From Haliotis rufescens (taxonomy: Eukaryota), in assembly GCF_023055435.1 (NCBI RefSeq), contig NW_025963791.1, forward strand, positions 32,426,001 through 32,490,000: DNA of 64,000 nucleotides, read 5' to 3'. A program made the translations under genes and the position numbers. Below the pieces are notes generated by a model, which was not told the origin of the DNA, did no database searches, and saw only the letters and a program-made list of their open reading frames with translations. This document shows, one piece after another, positions 1-14,129 of this stretch (positions are counted from its first letter, which is position 1; every line of letters begins with the position of its first letter).

Positions 1-1822
1 GATTGGGTACAAGTTATCCAACTTAGAAGTCCCTCTCCATGGTATTTACAAAAGCTTGTACAGTAAATCATATACACATGTACAGGGAAAACAGTGAAGA
101 AAATAAGTGTATAGATAACAAAAGAAACGTACACCGGACAAAAGAGAGACTAGTATATTTACATTAAAGTGTTACCCAAATCTACCTCAACCACAGCTCC
201 CAACAATGACGTACAAATGTGTTAGCGCAGAGGTCACTGTGTGGAACGGGTCCAAACTCGTAGTCATAATGGCATAAGTGGGTGAATGAGTTGGATATAA
301 CACCGCTTTGAACAGTATTTCAGTTATGTCACGTCGTTCATCATAGTGTAAACACACTATATATGTTTAAAATGATTTCTAATATCTCTGATCAAGAGAC
401 CTAAAACTAACTGATATTGTTAATATATTTGTAGGACATTTAGAGTTGACACCATTCAAAAACTGAAAGGTTAGTGTCAAATAAGTTTGAATTTCTCATT
501 TCGGCTATACGCATCTTACGGATTTACTGCAATAGTTCAAATACAAACCTAGCATGCCTACCGGTTCATATATGTGAGGTCCAGCTACAAAGGCATATGT
601 CAGGACTCGTCGTGTCCAGGAGCATCATCAAGCAATTGTTTAAAATAACTTAATCTCCAGTTCGAAGACTTGACGTGGTAATGATGTGAGCGACAGGCAT
701 AGTTCCGAAATGCACACACCACTGTAGCTGCGACACGTTATGCACACAGCCTTAACAAATCCTAATTGCTCAAAACGTTTTGGGACCAATGACATCAAAG
801 ACAGATGATTCAAACCTGGTCACAGGAATACATCATATGTATAATATATACTGCATTTAGGCGCATTGACATATATACGGATTTGTTAACTTAACACTGG
901 ATAAAAATCAGCCAAGCGAAAGCATTAAGGCTTTCATAAACAGTTGGAAGTAAAACTCACAGTGTGAATGCGTCTAAACAGGCGAATAGAAGCAAGCTAG
1001 CAGGGCTGGTTCTAACTTGTCCGTACTAATACAGGCAGAAACTCGTCGATAATGTCCTGGTTGGTACAGGAAGTACATATACAATTTACAAAATCACTAT
1101 CCTTGGTTCTACGATATTTATTGACAAGGAATTCATGGAGAAATATTCTAAATTTACAAAGAGCTCTCATTAGAGCTTTACCTTGTAATATACTTAAATA
1201 TGTTTCTAGTTGTAATACTGATTTGATGCTAGCATAATGCTTGAGAAAGTGTGAAGAGGAAACTTGTTGGTGCTAGTTTTGCTGAAATATATCAAATAAT
1301 CTTTGTTTAAATGTATGGAAAAATAGTTTTTCATTACCAGTGTCTTGTGTGATCCATACAAAGGAAAATCCAGTATTAAATAATATGCTCAGTACTAATA
1401 ATGAAGGTAACTAAAACCCGAAGGAGTTTAAAAATAAGTATACACAAGCAATAAAAATACAATGACATAACAAGTAGACATTCAGCAACACTGATGTCCC
1501 AGGACTTACGTTGTTTCAAACCAACTGCAAGCATACTTATCACATAGTTCGCCTGAGGAGTAATGAACAATCTTAAGTGCGTTTATCATTAAACTTACCC
1601 TGTTGTTTTCACATAGAGGCAGTTTAGGAGCGTGTTTGCTTCACACAGCGTCTCTTGTGCATCATATCCATAGCCTTAGTTTTGCCAATGTTGAAGTTTA
1701 TACTGTTAAGAAATTAAGGAAGTTAAATGTGAATTAATATTAACTTCCTCATCACAATCTTCGTTTTGAGAGAGGAAAAATATGACAGATAAGAATATTT
1801 TATAAAACGCTCGATACAAAAC

Positions 1823-2150
1823 GTGAGGTGAGGTGAAATGGGGTTAAACGACGCTCTTATAGATCAATGTGCATTTACGTGTGTGTATGTGGCTGTTTGT
1901 ACTAGTCCGGGCTAATGCTGATTTCATAGTGCTAGTCAACTGCCGCAGTTTCACATAAATACCCCACTCAGACACAGTATACTGACTAAGAGCCGACCTG
2001 TCCTTGTTTGAGCCCCTTAATGCCGAGCACCAGACAGGGTAACAACAAGTACCATCTTTTAACGTCTTTTGGTATGACGCGGCCGGGGATCGAACCCCGG
2101 ACCTTCCGCTCTGCGGGCGGACGCTTAACCACTAGACCACGCAGGCGGTC
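1823..2150 (-). mobile_element. tRNA-derived SINE family A (also at 7736-8063, 13226-13553 and 19138-19463 in the other units)
   Basis: Minus-strand head with A box (tggtctagtgg) and B box (ggttcgatccc), (cctca)n tail, and homology to the other family A copies. Confidence 0.85.
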
Positions 2151-2726
2151 TTCTGGAGATTTGAACCCGGAGGTTTACCGAGTGATGGAACGTGTTAGCA
2201 ACCAGATAACCTAACCGTCCACATGACGGCACAGAGTGATCAACATGAACTCGTGATAATGAGTGAGTGGGGATGTGCTGCTTACATCTGTTTCGCAGTA
2301 ATATCACTGTCATAAACACATCTCACACCCCATGTGTGAAATCAAACGTGTCATGTTTGATCGGTATGCTTTTGCTTAAAATAATGAAGAGCGGCGAGGT
2401 TTTTCTTAACTGAGTGATTTGTGTGTAACTCCGTTTTGAACAGTATTTCTATTTCATTCCGGATTGTCTGGCTTTGTATGATGCATGTCTTGGACATTTA
2501 CTAATTAAATTTGGCAGAACCCACCAGAAAGGCTATGGTGCTGACCAAACAACTAATCAGATTAATCTGGGATTCGAACCAACGATATAACAAAAACCTT
2601 GTAAAACTGTCCCGAGCCACCCAGTGTCCCTTTTGTAACTCAAAAGGTGTTTATACATACGTTTAACAAAGACATGGTACAGATTGTTAAACCCCTCTAT
2701 AATTACAGACTATATTCTCTTGACAG

Positions 2727-4358
2727 ATACAGATACAAACTCCCAGAATTGTCCTGTGTGTGAACAGCTTGGGGAGACAACTCATATGACCTTCAGGTGC
2801 CATGAGTGTGAGGTAGCTCTCTGTGACAGATGTGTCAAGATGCATCGTGCAAATCCAGCTTCTCGGAGCCATGAAATGTGTGATCGGTCTGGTGAGGTGG
2901 AAGTGAAGAAAAAGAAACGAGTGGTTATGTGTCAAGAGCACAGAGATGAGCAAGTGAAATATCTCTGTAAAGACTGCAACAAGCCACTATGTCAGTCATG
3001 CTCCGTGGTCTACCACAGGAAGTGCGATTCTGTTGTCACACTAGAATCCCAGATGTCACGGATGAAGTCATCTCTGCGCACCAAAGGCCTCACCATACAA
3101 AGAGATCTTAATGACATATCGAAACAGATCGACAAATGCCCAATCGAAAATTAACAAGATGAAAAGAGCTAAACTTTTGGCAACAAAAAAGATTCAGTCA
3201 TCAACAGAGAAGATCATCGCCCGTTTGAAGGAGAAGGAAACGGCACTCATAAAAGAACTGGATGACATTGCAGACACCCAGATCACTGAGTTACAGGCTG
3301 ATGTGAAACAGGCAGAGATTGAGTTGCAGATGTACAAACAGCATGGCGAGTTCATTGACCAGACCCTTGTCTCGGACAGTGAGATGGACCTGTATAAAGC
3401 TTGTCAGGCCTGGGAGTCAGGGGCGGAAAAGGACAGGGTACAAGAAACAGGCAAATCAGAACGAAAACAAATACATAGCGTCAGATTTGTACCAGAATCT
3501 GATACCAGTGAGCGCATTCTTGACGACATGAAACTAGGGAAGCTGGACATCACATACACACAGGGTGAGAACGATGCCATGTCATCACTTTTCCTGTATA
3601 AAACAGTGGACTTCAAGCTAGAGACTGATGAAAAATGTCCATGGCTGAGTGAGGTGACGGTTCTGTTTGTGGGGAATATACTGATATTAGTGGCTTCAGA
3701 CAGAAACAACAAGTTTGTGAAATCTGCCTACACACGTGACGATCAGCCATGTCTCAGTAAACTCGATTTTGATAATTTTACGCATGGTGTATCCCAACTA
3801 AGTGACAATCGGGTTTTGGTAGCTGTTCCTAAGAGTTTTCAAATTGTAACGGCATCCGTAACTCCTGACCTCGAACTGGAGACAACCATTACAGCACAGA
3901 AAGAGTACTACAGTATTGCTGTTCTGAACTCGTCATCATTCCCAGCAAGTTCCTACAGCTGTATTGATATATTAGACATGACTGGTAAGGCCATGCGATC
4001 AATCACTGCCCACAATGACGTGGACCTGTTCAGTTACCCAAACTACATCTGAGTGAACAACAGCGGCCAGGTTCTTGTTTCTGACTGGGACAAGGGATCA
4101 GTAACTTGTCTGACGTCAGAGGGGGATGTTGTGTGGAGATACGTCCACAAGGGGGATCGATCTCTCAGTTACCCTAGTGGTATTACAACTACCAACGAAG
4201 GCGATATCCTCCTTGCAGACAGGGACACAACCACCATAATTCAGCTTGCCGCACCTGGCCAGTTTGTACGAGAACTCATTGCAACAGAGGATGGGATCAA
4301 CGACCCAAATGGTTCCGTTTTTGTTTGTGATGGAAGTACAATAAAACAGTTCATCTGA
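2727..4358 (+). pseudogene. TRIM terminal exon, copy 1 (B-box1, B-box2, coiled coil, NHL-like propeller), disabled
   Basis: Likely acceptor tattctcttgacag at 2726. B-boxes CPVC..CHECEVALCDRCVKMH..H and CQEH..CKDCNKPLCQSC..H. Versus copy 4 it has a +1 frameshift at ~3140 (tgcccaatcg vs tgcaaatcg), TGT>TGA at 4050-4052, and 6-bp and 21-bp in-frame deletions. Confidence 0.9.
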
Positions 4359-4401
4359 TCAACAACACGTTGAATAACCATGTCATATTATAATTATGAT
4401 A

Positions 4402-4612
4402 TGTGTTTGCTAGTGGTTTAACGCCGTACTCAGCAATATTACAGCTATATGACGGCGGTCTGTACATGATCGAGTCTGGACCAGACCAGTGCATCAACCA
4501 AGTCAGCGAGCCTGACCAACCAATCCCTTTAGTCGCCTCTTACGGCATAGTCCCCTTTTACGGCATGCATGGGTTGCTGAAGACCTATTCTACCTCGGAT
4601 CTTCACGGGTCT
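4402..4612 (-). mobile_element. SINE-like family D in the 3' UTR of the exon (also at ~9905, ~15805, ~21743)
   Basis: Reverse complement of the element at 24582-24845 (acccgtgaagatcc...gtaagaggcgactaa...ggcgttaaac). Confidence 0.8.
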
Positions 4613-7600
4613 TATTTTATATGGTGGAGACACTCGTCAATACTAAGACATGTGAACATGTGAACAAAAGTGGGAATTGACTTTACTTTTAATATTTATG
4701 ACCATGTACAGACAGATCCAATTGCCCCATCACAAGGTTGGTTTGTCATTTCCAGATGTGTTCAATGTTGTTTTATTTGTTTGTATCCAGTATGTTATGT
4801 AACTTTAATCGTTTGTTTTGAAAAAAATATATTGATGACTGACAGGTTTTTGTGATTATCATCAATTCACTATGCAGATACACAATGTACTAAGCATATC
4901 GTCTTCATATCTGTTTTATGTATTTTTCTTAACTTCTCACCAAACATTCAATTAAAGTTTATGTTTATGGAAATCCTGTGCATGTAATTCATGTCAAGCC
5001 GTTGCGATTCCCAGTGAAATGATCGCCAGAGTATCTGAATCACCCCGGTTGTAGAGATTTCGAGTTAGCAAAGGTCCACTTGGGGCTCATAATATCACTC
5101 ACTGGTTTGTCTGATCCAGGTTCGATTATTTACAGACCGCCGTCATAAAAATGTAGCTGGAATAATGCTGAGTGCTAAACTACGCATTGACCAGTCACAA
5201 CTAAAAACAACTCTAACCCGATATTGGCGTGTTTGATATATATTTACTAACTCTGGAAATGGTTCAGGTTTATCGTGGTGATGTCGTATTCATTTTACAC
5301 ATGATCAAATGTGCAGTAGGAAATGACATGCATGATTCCCAGATTTTGGCGACGTTTCCGAAACAACCCATCAAAAGAATTGATAAATATATCTTTAACG
5401 TCAAGTTTAACCATTCATAGATCCTGATCCAAATAATTAGGTTTGATAGGGAACGTCATATATGCAATGAGGAACAACAACAGTCATAATAACATAATTG
5501 TACTTTACTCACTGAGCCAAAGGCAGTCACTTGTATGGAGGTATTGTATGCAACCAGTGAGGAATAATCTTAAAGTTAATCACAGGGATGTTTGATATTA
5601 TTCGCAGAAATCAGACGAGAGGCTATTCCTGGTACCAGATTAAAAAACCGAACTGTACATTGCCATCACAGAATGAGACGGACGCCATGAGCATACCTTG
5701 GTACATGCTACCAAACAGAAGCACACCATGGGTACGCTCCATGGAAAACGACCCGAGAAAAGAAGAGTCGTTACCGTTTGGGGAAAACCAGCATGAAATG
5801 AATGGGCGTTCTGAAGGGCAGAATCTGATTTTACGTTTAACACATTAATTTTGTTCCTTAATTTAGTTTAAACATATTTTATTCAGATTGAAATGGATTG
5901 GGTACAAGTTATCCAACTTAGAAGTCCCTCTCCATGGTATTTACAAAAGCTTGTACAGTAAATCATATACACATGTACAGGGAAAACAGTGAAGAAAATA
6001 AGTGTATAGATAACAAAAGAAATGTATACCAGACAAAAGAGAGACTAGTATATTTACATTGAAGTGTTACCCAAATCTACCTCAACCACAGCTCCCAACA
6101 ATGACGTACAAATGTGTTAGCGCAGAGGTCACTGTGTGGAACGGGTCCAAACTCGTAGTCATAATGGCATAAGTGGGTGAATGAGTTGGATATAACACCG
6201 CTTTGAACAGTATTTCAGTTATGTCACGTCGTTCATCATAGTGTAAACACACTATATATGTTTAAAATGATTTCTAATATCTCTGATCAAGAGACCTAAA
6301 ACTAACTGATATTGTTAATATATTTGTAGGACATTTAGAGTTGACACCATTCAAAAACTGAAAGGTTAGTGTCAAATAAGTTTGAATTTCTCATTTCGGC
6401 TATACGCATCTTACGGATTTACTGCAATAGTTCAAATACAAACCTAGCATGCATACCGGTTCATATATGTGAGGTCGAGCTACAAAGGCATATGTCAGGA
6501 CTCGTCGTATCCAGGAACATCATCAAGCAATTGTTTAAAATAACTTAATCTCCAGTTCGAAGACTTGACGTGGTAATGATGTGAGCGACAGGCATAGTTC
6601 CGAAATGCACACACCACTGTAGCTGCGACACGTTATGCACACAGCCTTAACAAATCCTAATTGCTCAAAACGTTTTGGGACCAATGACATCAAAGACAGA
6701 TGATTCAAACCTGGTCACAGGAATACATCATATGTATAATATATATTGCAATTTAGGCGCATTGACATATATACGGATTTGTTAACTTAACACTGGATAA
6801 AAATCAGCCAAGCGAAAGCATTAAGGCTTTCATAAACAGTTGGAAGTAAAACTCACAGTGTGAATGCGTCTAAACAGGCGAATAGAAGCAAGCTAGCAGG
6901 GCTGGTTCTAACTTGTCCGTACTAATACAGGCAGAAACTCGTCGATAATGTCCTGGTTGGTACAGGAAGTACATATACAATTTACAAAATCACTATCCTT
7001 GGTTCTACGATATTTATTGACAAGGAATTCATGGAGAAATATTCTAAATTTACAAAGAGCTCTCATTAGAGCTTTACCTTGTAATATACTTAAATATGTT
7101 TCTAGTTGTAATACTGATTTGATGCTAGCATAATGCTTGAGAAAGTGTGAAGAGGAAACTTGTTGGTGCTAGTTTTGCTGAAATATATCAAATAATCTTT
7201 GTTTAAATGTATGGAAAAATAGTTTTTCATTACCAGTGTCTTGTGTGATCCATACAAAGGAAAATCCAGTATTAAATAATATGCTCAGTACTAATAATGA
7301 AGGTAACTAAAACCCGAAGGAGTTTAAAAATAAGTATACACAAGCAATAAAAATACAATGACATAACAAGTAGACATTCAGCAACACTGATGTTCCAGGA
7401 CTTACGTTGTTTCAAACCAACTGCAAGCATACTTATCACATAGTTCGCCTGAGGAGTAATGAACAATCTTAAGTGCGTTTATCATTAAACTTACCCTGTT
7501 GTTTTCACATAGAGGCAGTTTAGGAGCGTGTTTGCTTCACACAGCGTCTCTTGTGCATCATATCCATAGCCTTAGTTTTGCCAATGTTGAAGTTTATACT

Positions 7601-8229
7601 GTTAAGAAATTAAGGAAGTTAAATGTATGTGATGTGGGCTTTTGAATTAATATTAACTTCCTCATCACAATCTTCGTTTTGAGAGAGGAAAAATATGACA
7701 GATAAGAATATTTTATAAAACGCTCGATACAAAACGTGAGGTGAGGTGAAATGGGGTTAAACGACGCTCTTATAGATCAATGTGCATTTACGTGTGTGTA
7801 TGTGGCTGTTTGTACTAGTCCGGGCTAATGCTGATTTCATAGTGCTAGGCAACTGCCGCAGTTTCACATAAATACCCCACTCAGACACAGTATACTGACT
7901 AAGAGCCGACCTGTCCTTGTTTGAGCCCCTTAATGCCGAGCACCAGACAGGGTAACAACCAGTACCATCTTTTAACGTCTTTTGGTATGACGCGGCCGGG
8001 GATCGAACCCCGGACCTTCCGCTCTGCGGGCGGACGCTTAACCACTAGACCACGGAGGCGGTCTTCTGATGATTTGAACCCGGAGGTTTACCGAGTGATG
8101 GAACGTGTTAGCAACCAGATAACCTAACCGTCCACATGACGGCACAGAGTGATCAACATGAACTCGTGATAATGAGTGAGTGGGGATGTGCTGCTTACAT
8201 CTGTTTCGCAGACTATATTCTCTTGACAG

Positions 8230-9861
8230 ATACAGATACAAACTCCCAGAATTGTCCTGTGTGTGAACAGCTTGGGGAGACAACTCATATGACCTTCTGG
8301 TGCCATGAGTGTGAGGTAGCTCTCTGTGACAGATGTGTCAAGATGCATCGTGCAAATCCAGCTTCTCGGAGCCATGAAATGTGTGATCGGTCTGGTGAGG
8401 TGGAAGTGAAGAAAAAGAAACGAGTGGTTATGTGTCAAGAGCACAGAGATGAGCAAGTGAAATATCTCTGTAAAGACTGCAACAAGCCACTGTGTCAGTC
8501 ATGCTGCGTGGTCTACCACAGGAAGTGCGATTCTGTTGTCACACTAGAATCCCAGATGTCACGGATGAAGTCATCTCTGCGCACCAAAGGCCTCACCATA
8601 CAAAGAGATCTTAATGACATATCGAAACAGATCGACAAATGCCCAATCGAAAATTAACAAGATGAAAAGAGCTAAACTTTTGGCAACAAAAAAGATTCAG
8701 TCATCAACAGAGAAGATCATCGCCCGTTTGAAGGAGAAGGAAACGGCACTCATAAAAGAACTGGATGACATTGCAGACACCCAGATCACTGAGTTACAGG
8801 CTGATGTGAAACAGGCAGAGATTGAGTTGCAGATGTACAAACAACATGGCGAGTTCATTGACCAGACCCTTGTCTCGGACAGTGACATGGACCTGTATAA
8901 AGCTTGTCAGGCCTGGGAGTCAGGGGCGGAAAAGGACAAGGTACAAGAAACAGGCAAATCAGAACGAAAACAAATACATAGCGTCAGATTTGTACCAGAA
9001 TCTGATACCAGTGAGCGCATTCTTGACGACATGAAACTAGGGAAGCTGGACATCACATACACACAGGGTGAGAACGATGCCATGTCATCACTTTTCCTGT
9101 ATAAAACAGTGGACTTCAAGCTAGAGACTGATGAAAAATGTCCATGGCTGAGTGAGGTGACGGTTCTGTTTGTGGGGAATATACTGATATTAGTGGCTTC
9201 AGACAGAAACAACAAGTGTGTGAAATCTGCCTACACACGTGACGATCAGCCATGTCTCAGTAAACTCGATTTTGATAATTTTACGCATGGTGTATCCCAA
9301 CTAAGTGACAATCGGGTTTTGGTAGCTGTTCCTAAGAGTTTTCAAATTGTAACGGCATCCGTAACTCCTGACCTCGAACTGGAGACAACCATTACAGCAC
9401 AGAAAGAGTACTACAGTATTGCTGTTCTGAACTCGTCATCATTCGCAGCAAGTTCCTACAGCTGTATTGATATATTAGACATGACTGGTAAGGCCATGCG
9501 ATCAATCACTGCCCACAATGACGTGGACCTGTTCAGTTACCCAAACTACATCTGAGTGAACAACAGCGGCCAGGTTCTTGTTTCTGACTGGGACAAGGGA
9601 TCAGTAACTTGTCTGACGTCAGAGGGGGATGTTGTGTGGAGATACGTCCACAAGGGGGATCGATCTCTCAGTTACCCTAGTGGTATTACAACTACCAACG
9701 AAGGCGATATCCTCCTTGCAGACAGGGACACAACCACCATAATTCAGCTTGCCGCACCTGGCCAGTTTGTACGAGAACTCATTGCAACAGAGGATGGGAT
9801 CAACGACCCAAATGGTTCCGTTTTTGTTTGTGATGGAAGTACAATAAAACAGTTCATCTGA
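8230..9861 (+). pseudogene. TRIM terminal exon, copy 2, disabled
   Basis: Same frameshift (~8642), same nonsense codon (9553-9555) and same deletions as copy 1. A 410-bp upstream deletion ends at ~8211. Confidence 0.9.
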
Positions 9862-12800
9862 TCAACAACACGTTGAATAACAATGTCATATTATAATTAT
9901 GATATGTGTTTGCTAGTGGTTTAACGCCGTACTCAGCAATATTACAGCTATATGACGGCGGTCTGTACATGATCGAGTCTGGACCAGACCAGTGCATCAA
10001 CCAAGTCAGCGAGCCTGACCAACCAATCCCTTTAGTCGCCTCTTACGGCATAGTCCCCTTTTACGGCATGCATGGGTTGCTGAAGACCTATTCTACCTCG
10101 GATCTTCACGGGTCTTATTTTATATGGTGGAGACACTCGTCAATACTAAGACATGTGAACATGTGAACAAAAGTGGGAATTGACTTTACTTTTAATATTT
10201 ATGACCATGTACAGACAGATCCAATTGCCCCATCACAAGGTTGGTTTGTCATTTCCAGATGTGTTCAATGTTGTTTTATTTGTTTGTATCCAGTATGTTA
10301 TGTAACTTTAATCGTTTGTTTTGAAAAAAATATATTGATGACTGACAGGTTTTTGTGATTATCATCAATTCACTATGCAGATACACAATGTACTAAGCAT
10401 ATCGTCTTCATATCTGTTTTATGTATTTTTCTTAACTTCTCACCAAACATTCAATTAAAGTTTATGTTTATGGAAATCCTATCCTGTGCATGTAATTCAT
10501 GTCAAGCCGTTGCGATTCCCAGTGAAATGATCGCCAGAGTATCTGAATCACCCCGGTTGTAGAGATTTCGAGTTAGCAAAGGTCCACTTGGGGCTCATAA
10601 TATCACTCACTGGTTTGTCTCATCCAGGTTCGATTATTTACAGACCGCCGTCATATAAATGTAGCTGGAATAATGCTGAGTGCTAAACTACGCATTGACC
10701 AGTCACAACTAAAAACAACTCTAACCCGATATTGGCGTGTTTGATATATATTTACTAACTCTGGAAATGGTTCAGGTTTATCGTGGTGATGTCGTATTCA
10801 TTTTACACATGATCAAATGTGCAGTAGGAAATGACATGCATGATTCCCAGATTTTGGCGACGTTTCCGAAACAACCCATCAAAAGAATTGATAAATATAT
10901 CTTTAACGTCAAGTTTAACCATTCATAGATCCTGATCCAAATAACTAGGTTTGATAGGGAACGTCATATATGCAATGAGGAACAACAACAGTCATAATAA
11001 CATAATTGTACTTTACTCACTGAGCCAAAGGCAGTCACTTGTATGGAGGTATTGTATGCAACCAGTGAGGAATAATCTTAAAGTTAATCACAGGGATGTT
11101 TGATATTATTCGCAGAAATCAGACGAGAGGCTATTCCTGGTACCAGATTAAAAAACCGAACTGTACATTGCCATCACAGAATGAGACGGACGCCATGAGC
11201 ATACCTTGGTACATGCTACCAAACAGAAGCACACCATGGGTACGCTCCATGGAAAACGACCCGAGAAAAGAAGAGTCGTTACCGTTTGGGGAAAACCAGC
11301 ATGAAATGAATGGGCGTTCTGAAGGGCAGAATCTGATTTTACGTTTAACACATTAATTTTGTTCCTTAATTTAGTTTAAACATATTTTATTCAGATTGAA
11401 ATGGATTGGGTACAAGTTATCCAACTTAGAAGTCCCTCTCCATGGTATTTACAAAAGCTTGTACAGTAAATCATATACACATGTACAGGGAAAACAGTGA
11501 AGAAAATAAGTGTATAGATAACAAAAGAAATGTATACCAGACAAAAGAGAGACTAGTATATTTACATTGAAGTGTTACCCAAATCTACCTCAACCACAGC
11601 TCCCAACAATGACGTACAAAAGTGTTAGGGCAGAGGTCACTGTGTGGAACGGGTCCAAACTCGTAGTCATAATGGCATAAGTGGGTGAATGAGTTGGATA
11701 TAACACCGCTTTGAACAGTATTTCAGTTATGTCACGTCGTTCATCATAGCGTAAACACACTATATATGTTTAAAATGATTTCTAATATCTCTGATCAAGA
11801 GACCTAAAACTAACTGATATTGTTAATATATTTGTAGGACATTTAGAGTTGACACCATTCAAAAACTGAAAGGTTAGTGTCAAATAAGTTTGAATTTCTC
11901 ATTTCGGCTATACGCATCTTACGGATTTACTGCAATAGTTCAAATACAAACCTAGCATGCATACCGGTTCATATATGTGAGGTCCAGCTACAAAGGCATA
12001 TGTCAGGACTCGTCGTGTCCAGGAGCATCATCAAGCAATTGTTTAAAATAACTTAATCTCCAGTTCGAAGACTTGACGTGGTAATGATGTGAGCGACAGG
12101 CATAGTTCCGAAATGCACACACCACTGTAGCTGCGACACGTTATGCACACAGCCTTAACAAATCCTAATTGCTCAAAACGTTTTGGGACCAATGACATCA
12201 AAGACAGATGATTCAAACCTGGTCACAGGAATACATCATATGTATAATATATACTGCATTTAGGCGCATTGACATATATACGGATTTGTTAACTTAACAC
12301 TGGATAAAAATCAGCCAAGCGAAAGCATTAAGGCTTTCATAAACAGTTGGAAGTAAAACTCACAGTGTGAATGCGTCTAAACAGGCGAATAGAAGCAAGC
12401 TAGCAGGGCTGGTTCTAACTTGTCCGTACTAATACAGGCAGAAACTCGTCGATAATGTCCTGGTTGGTACAGGAAGTACATATACAATTTACAAAATCAC
12501 TATCCTTGGTTCTACGATATTTATTGACAAGGAATTCATGGAGAAATATTCTAAATTTACAAAGAGCTCTCATTAGAGCTTTACCTTGTAATATACTTAA
12601 ATATGTTTCTAGTTGTAATACTGATTTGATGCTAGCATAATGCTTGAGAAAGTGTGAAGAGGAAACTTGTTGGTGCTAGTTTTGCTGAAATATATCAAAT
12701 AATCTTTGTTTAAATGTATGGAAAAATAGTTTTTCATTACCAGTGTCTTGTGTGATCCATACAAAGGAAAATCCAGTATTAAATAATATGCTCAGTACTA

Positions 12801-14129
12801 ATAATGAAGGTAACTAAAACCCGAAGGAGTTTAAAAATAAGTATACACAAGCAATAAAAATACAATGACATAACAAGTAGACATTCAGCAACACTGATGT
12901 CCCAGGACTTACGTTGTTTCAAACCAACTGCAAGCATACTTATCACATAGTTCGCCTGAGGAGTAATGAACAATCTTAAGTGCGTTTATCATTAAACTTA
13001 CCCTGTTGTTTTCACATAGAGGCAGTTTAGGAGCGTGTTTGCTTCACACAGCGTCTCTTGTGCATCATATCCATAGCCTTAGTTTTGCCAATGTTGAAGT
13101 TTATACTGTTAAGAAATTAAGGAAGTTAAATGTCAATTAATATTAACTTCCTCATCACAATCTTCGTTTTGAGAGAGGAAAAATATGACAGATCAGAATA
13201 TTTTATAAAACGCTCGATACAAAACGTGAGGTGAGGTGAAATGGGGTTAAACGACGCTCTTATAGATCAATGTGCATTTACGTGTGTGTATGTGGCTGTT
13301 TGTACTAGTCCGGGCTAATACTGATTTCATAGTGCTAGTCAACTGCCGCAGTTTCACATAAATACCCCACTCAGACACAGTATACTGACTAAGAGCCGAC
13401 CTGTCCTTGTTTGAGCCCCTTAATGCCGAGCACCAGACAGGGTAACAACAAGTACCATCTTTTAACGTCTTTTGGTATGACGCGGCCGGGGATCGAACCC
13501 CGGACCTTCCGCTCTGCGGGCGGACGCTTAACCACTAGACCACGCAGGCGGTCTTCTGGAGATTTGAACCCGGAGGTTTACCGAGTGATGGAACGTGTTA
13601 GCAACCAGATAACCTAACCGTCCACATGACGGCACAGAGTGATCAACATGAACTCGTGATAATGAGTGAGTGGGGATGTGCTGCTTACATCTGTTTCGCA
13701 GTAATATCACTGTCATAAACACATCTCACACCCCATGTGTGAAATCAAACGTGTCATGTTTGATCGGTATGCTTTTGCTTAAAATAATGAAGAGCGGCGA
13801 GGTTTTTCTTAACTGAGTGATTTGTGTGTAACTCCGTTTTGAACAGTATTTCTATTTCATTCCGGATTGTCTGGCTTTGTATGATGCATGTCTTGGACAT
13901 TTACTAATTAAATTTGGCAGAACCCACCAGAAAGGCTATGGTGCTGACCAAACAACTAATCAGATTAATCTGGGATTCGAACCAACGATATAACAAAAAC
14001 CTTGTAAAACTGTCCCGAGCCACCCAGTGTCCCTTTTGTAACTCAAAAGGTGTTTATACATACGTTTAACAAAGACATGGTACAGATTGTTAAACCCCTC
14101 TATAATTACAGACTATATTCTCTTGACAG

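Noticed and set aside
1052-1570. Short repeated ORFs in the tandem unit (also 4670-5848 and equivalents)
   Set aside because: No recognisable domains. They recur only because the DNA is duplicated.
2060-2150. tRNA-like sequences (also at 24340-24426, 36958-37030, 39411-39520 and 54020-54080)
   Set aside because: Most continue into SINE bodies with tails and TSDs, and none shows a convincing cloverleaf. These are SINE heads, not tRNA genes.
2298-2708. Precise retro-mediated intron loss in unit 2
   Set aside because: The junction retains an extra G relative to GT-AG excision. CAG microhomology explains it.
4047-4058. In-frame TGA as selenocysteine or programmed readthrough
   Set aside because: Copy 4 has TGT here, but copies 1-3 also carry an upstream frameshift, and I could not identify a SECIS element. 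Simple nonsense mutation is more likely.
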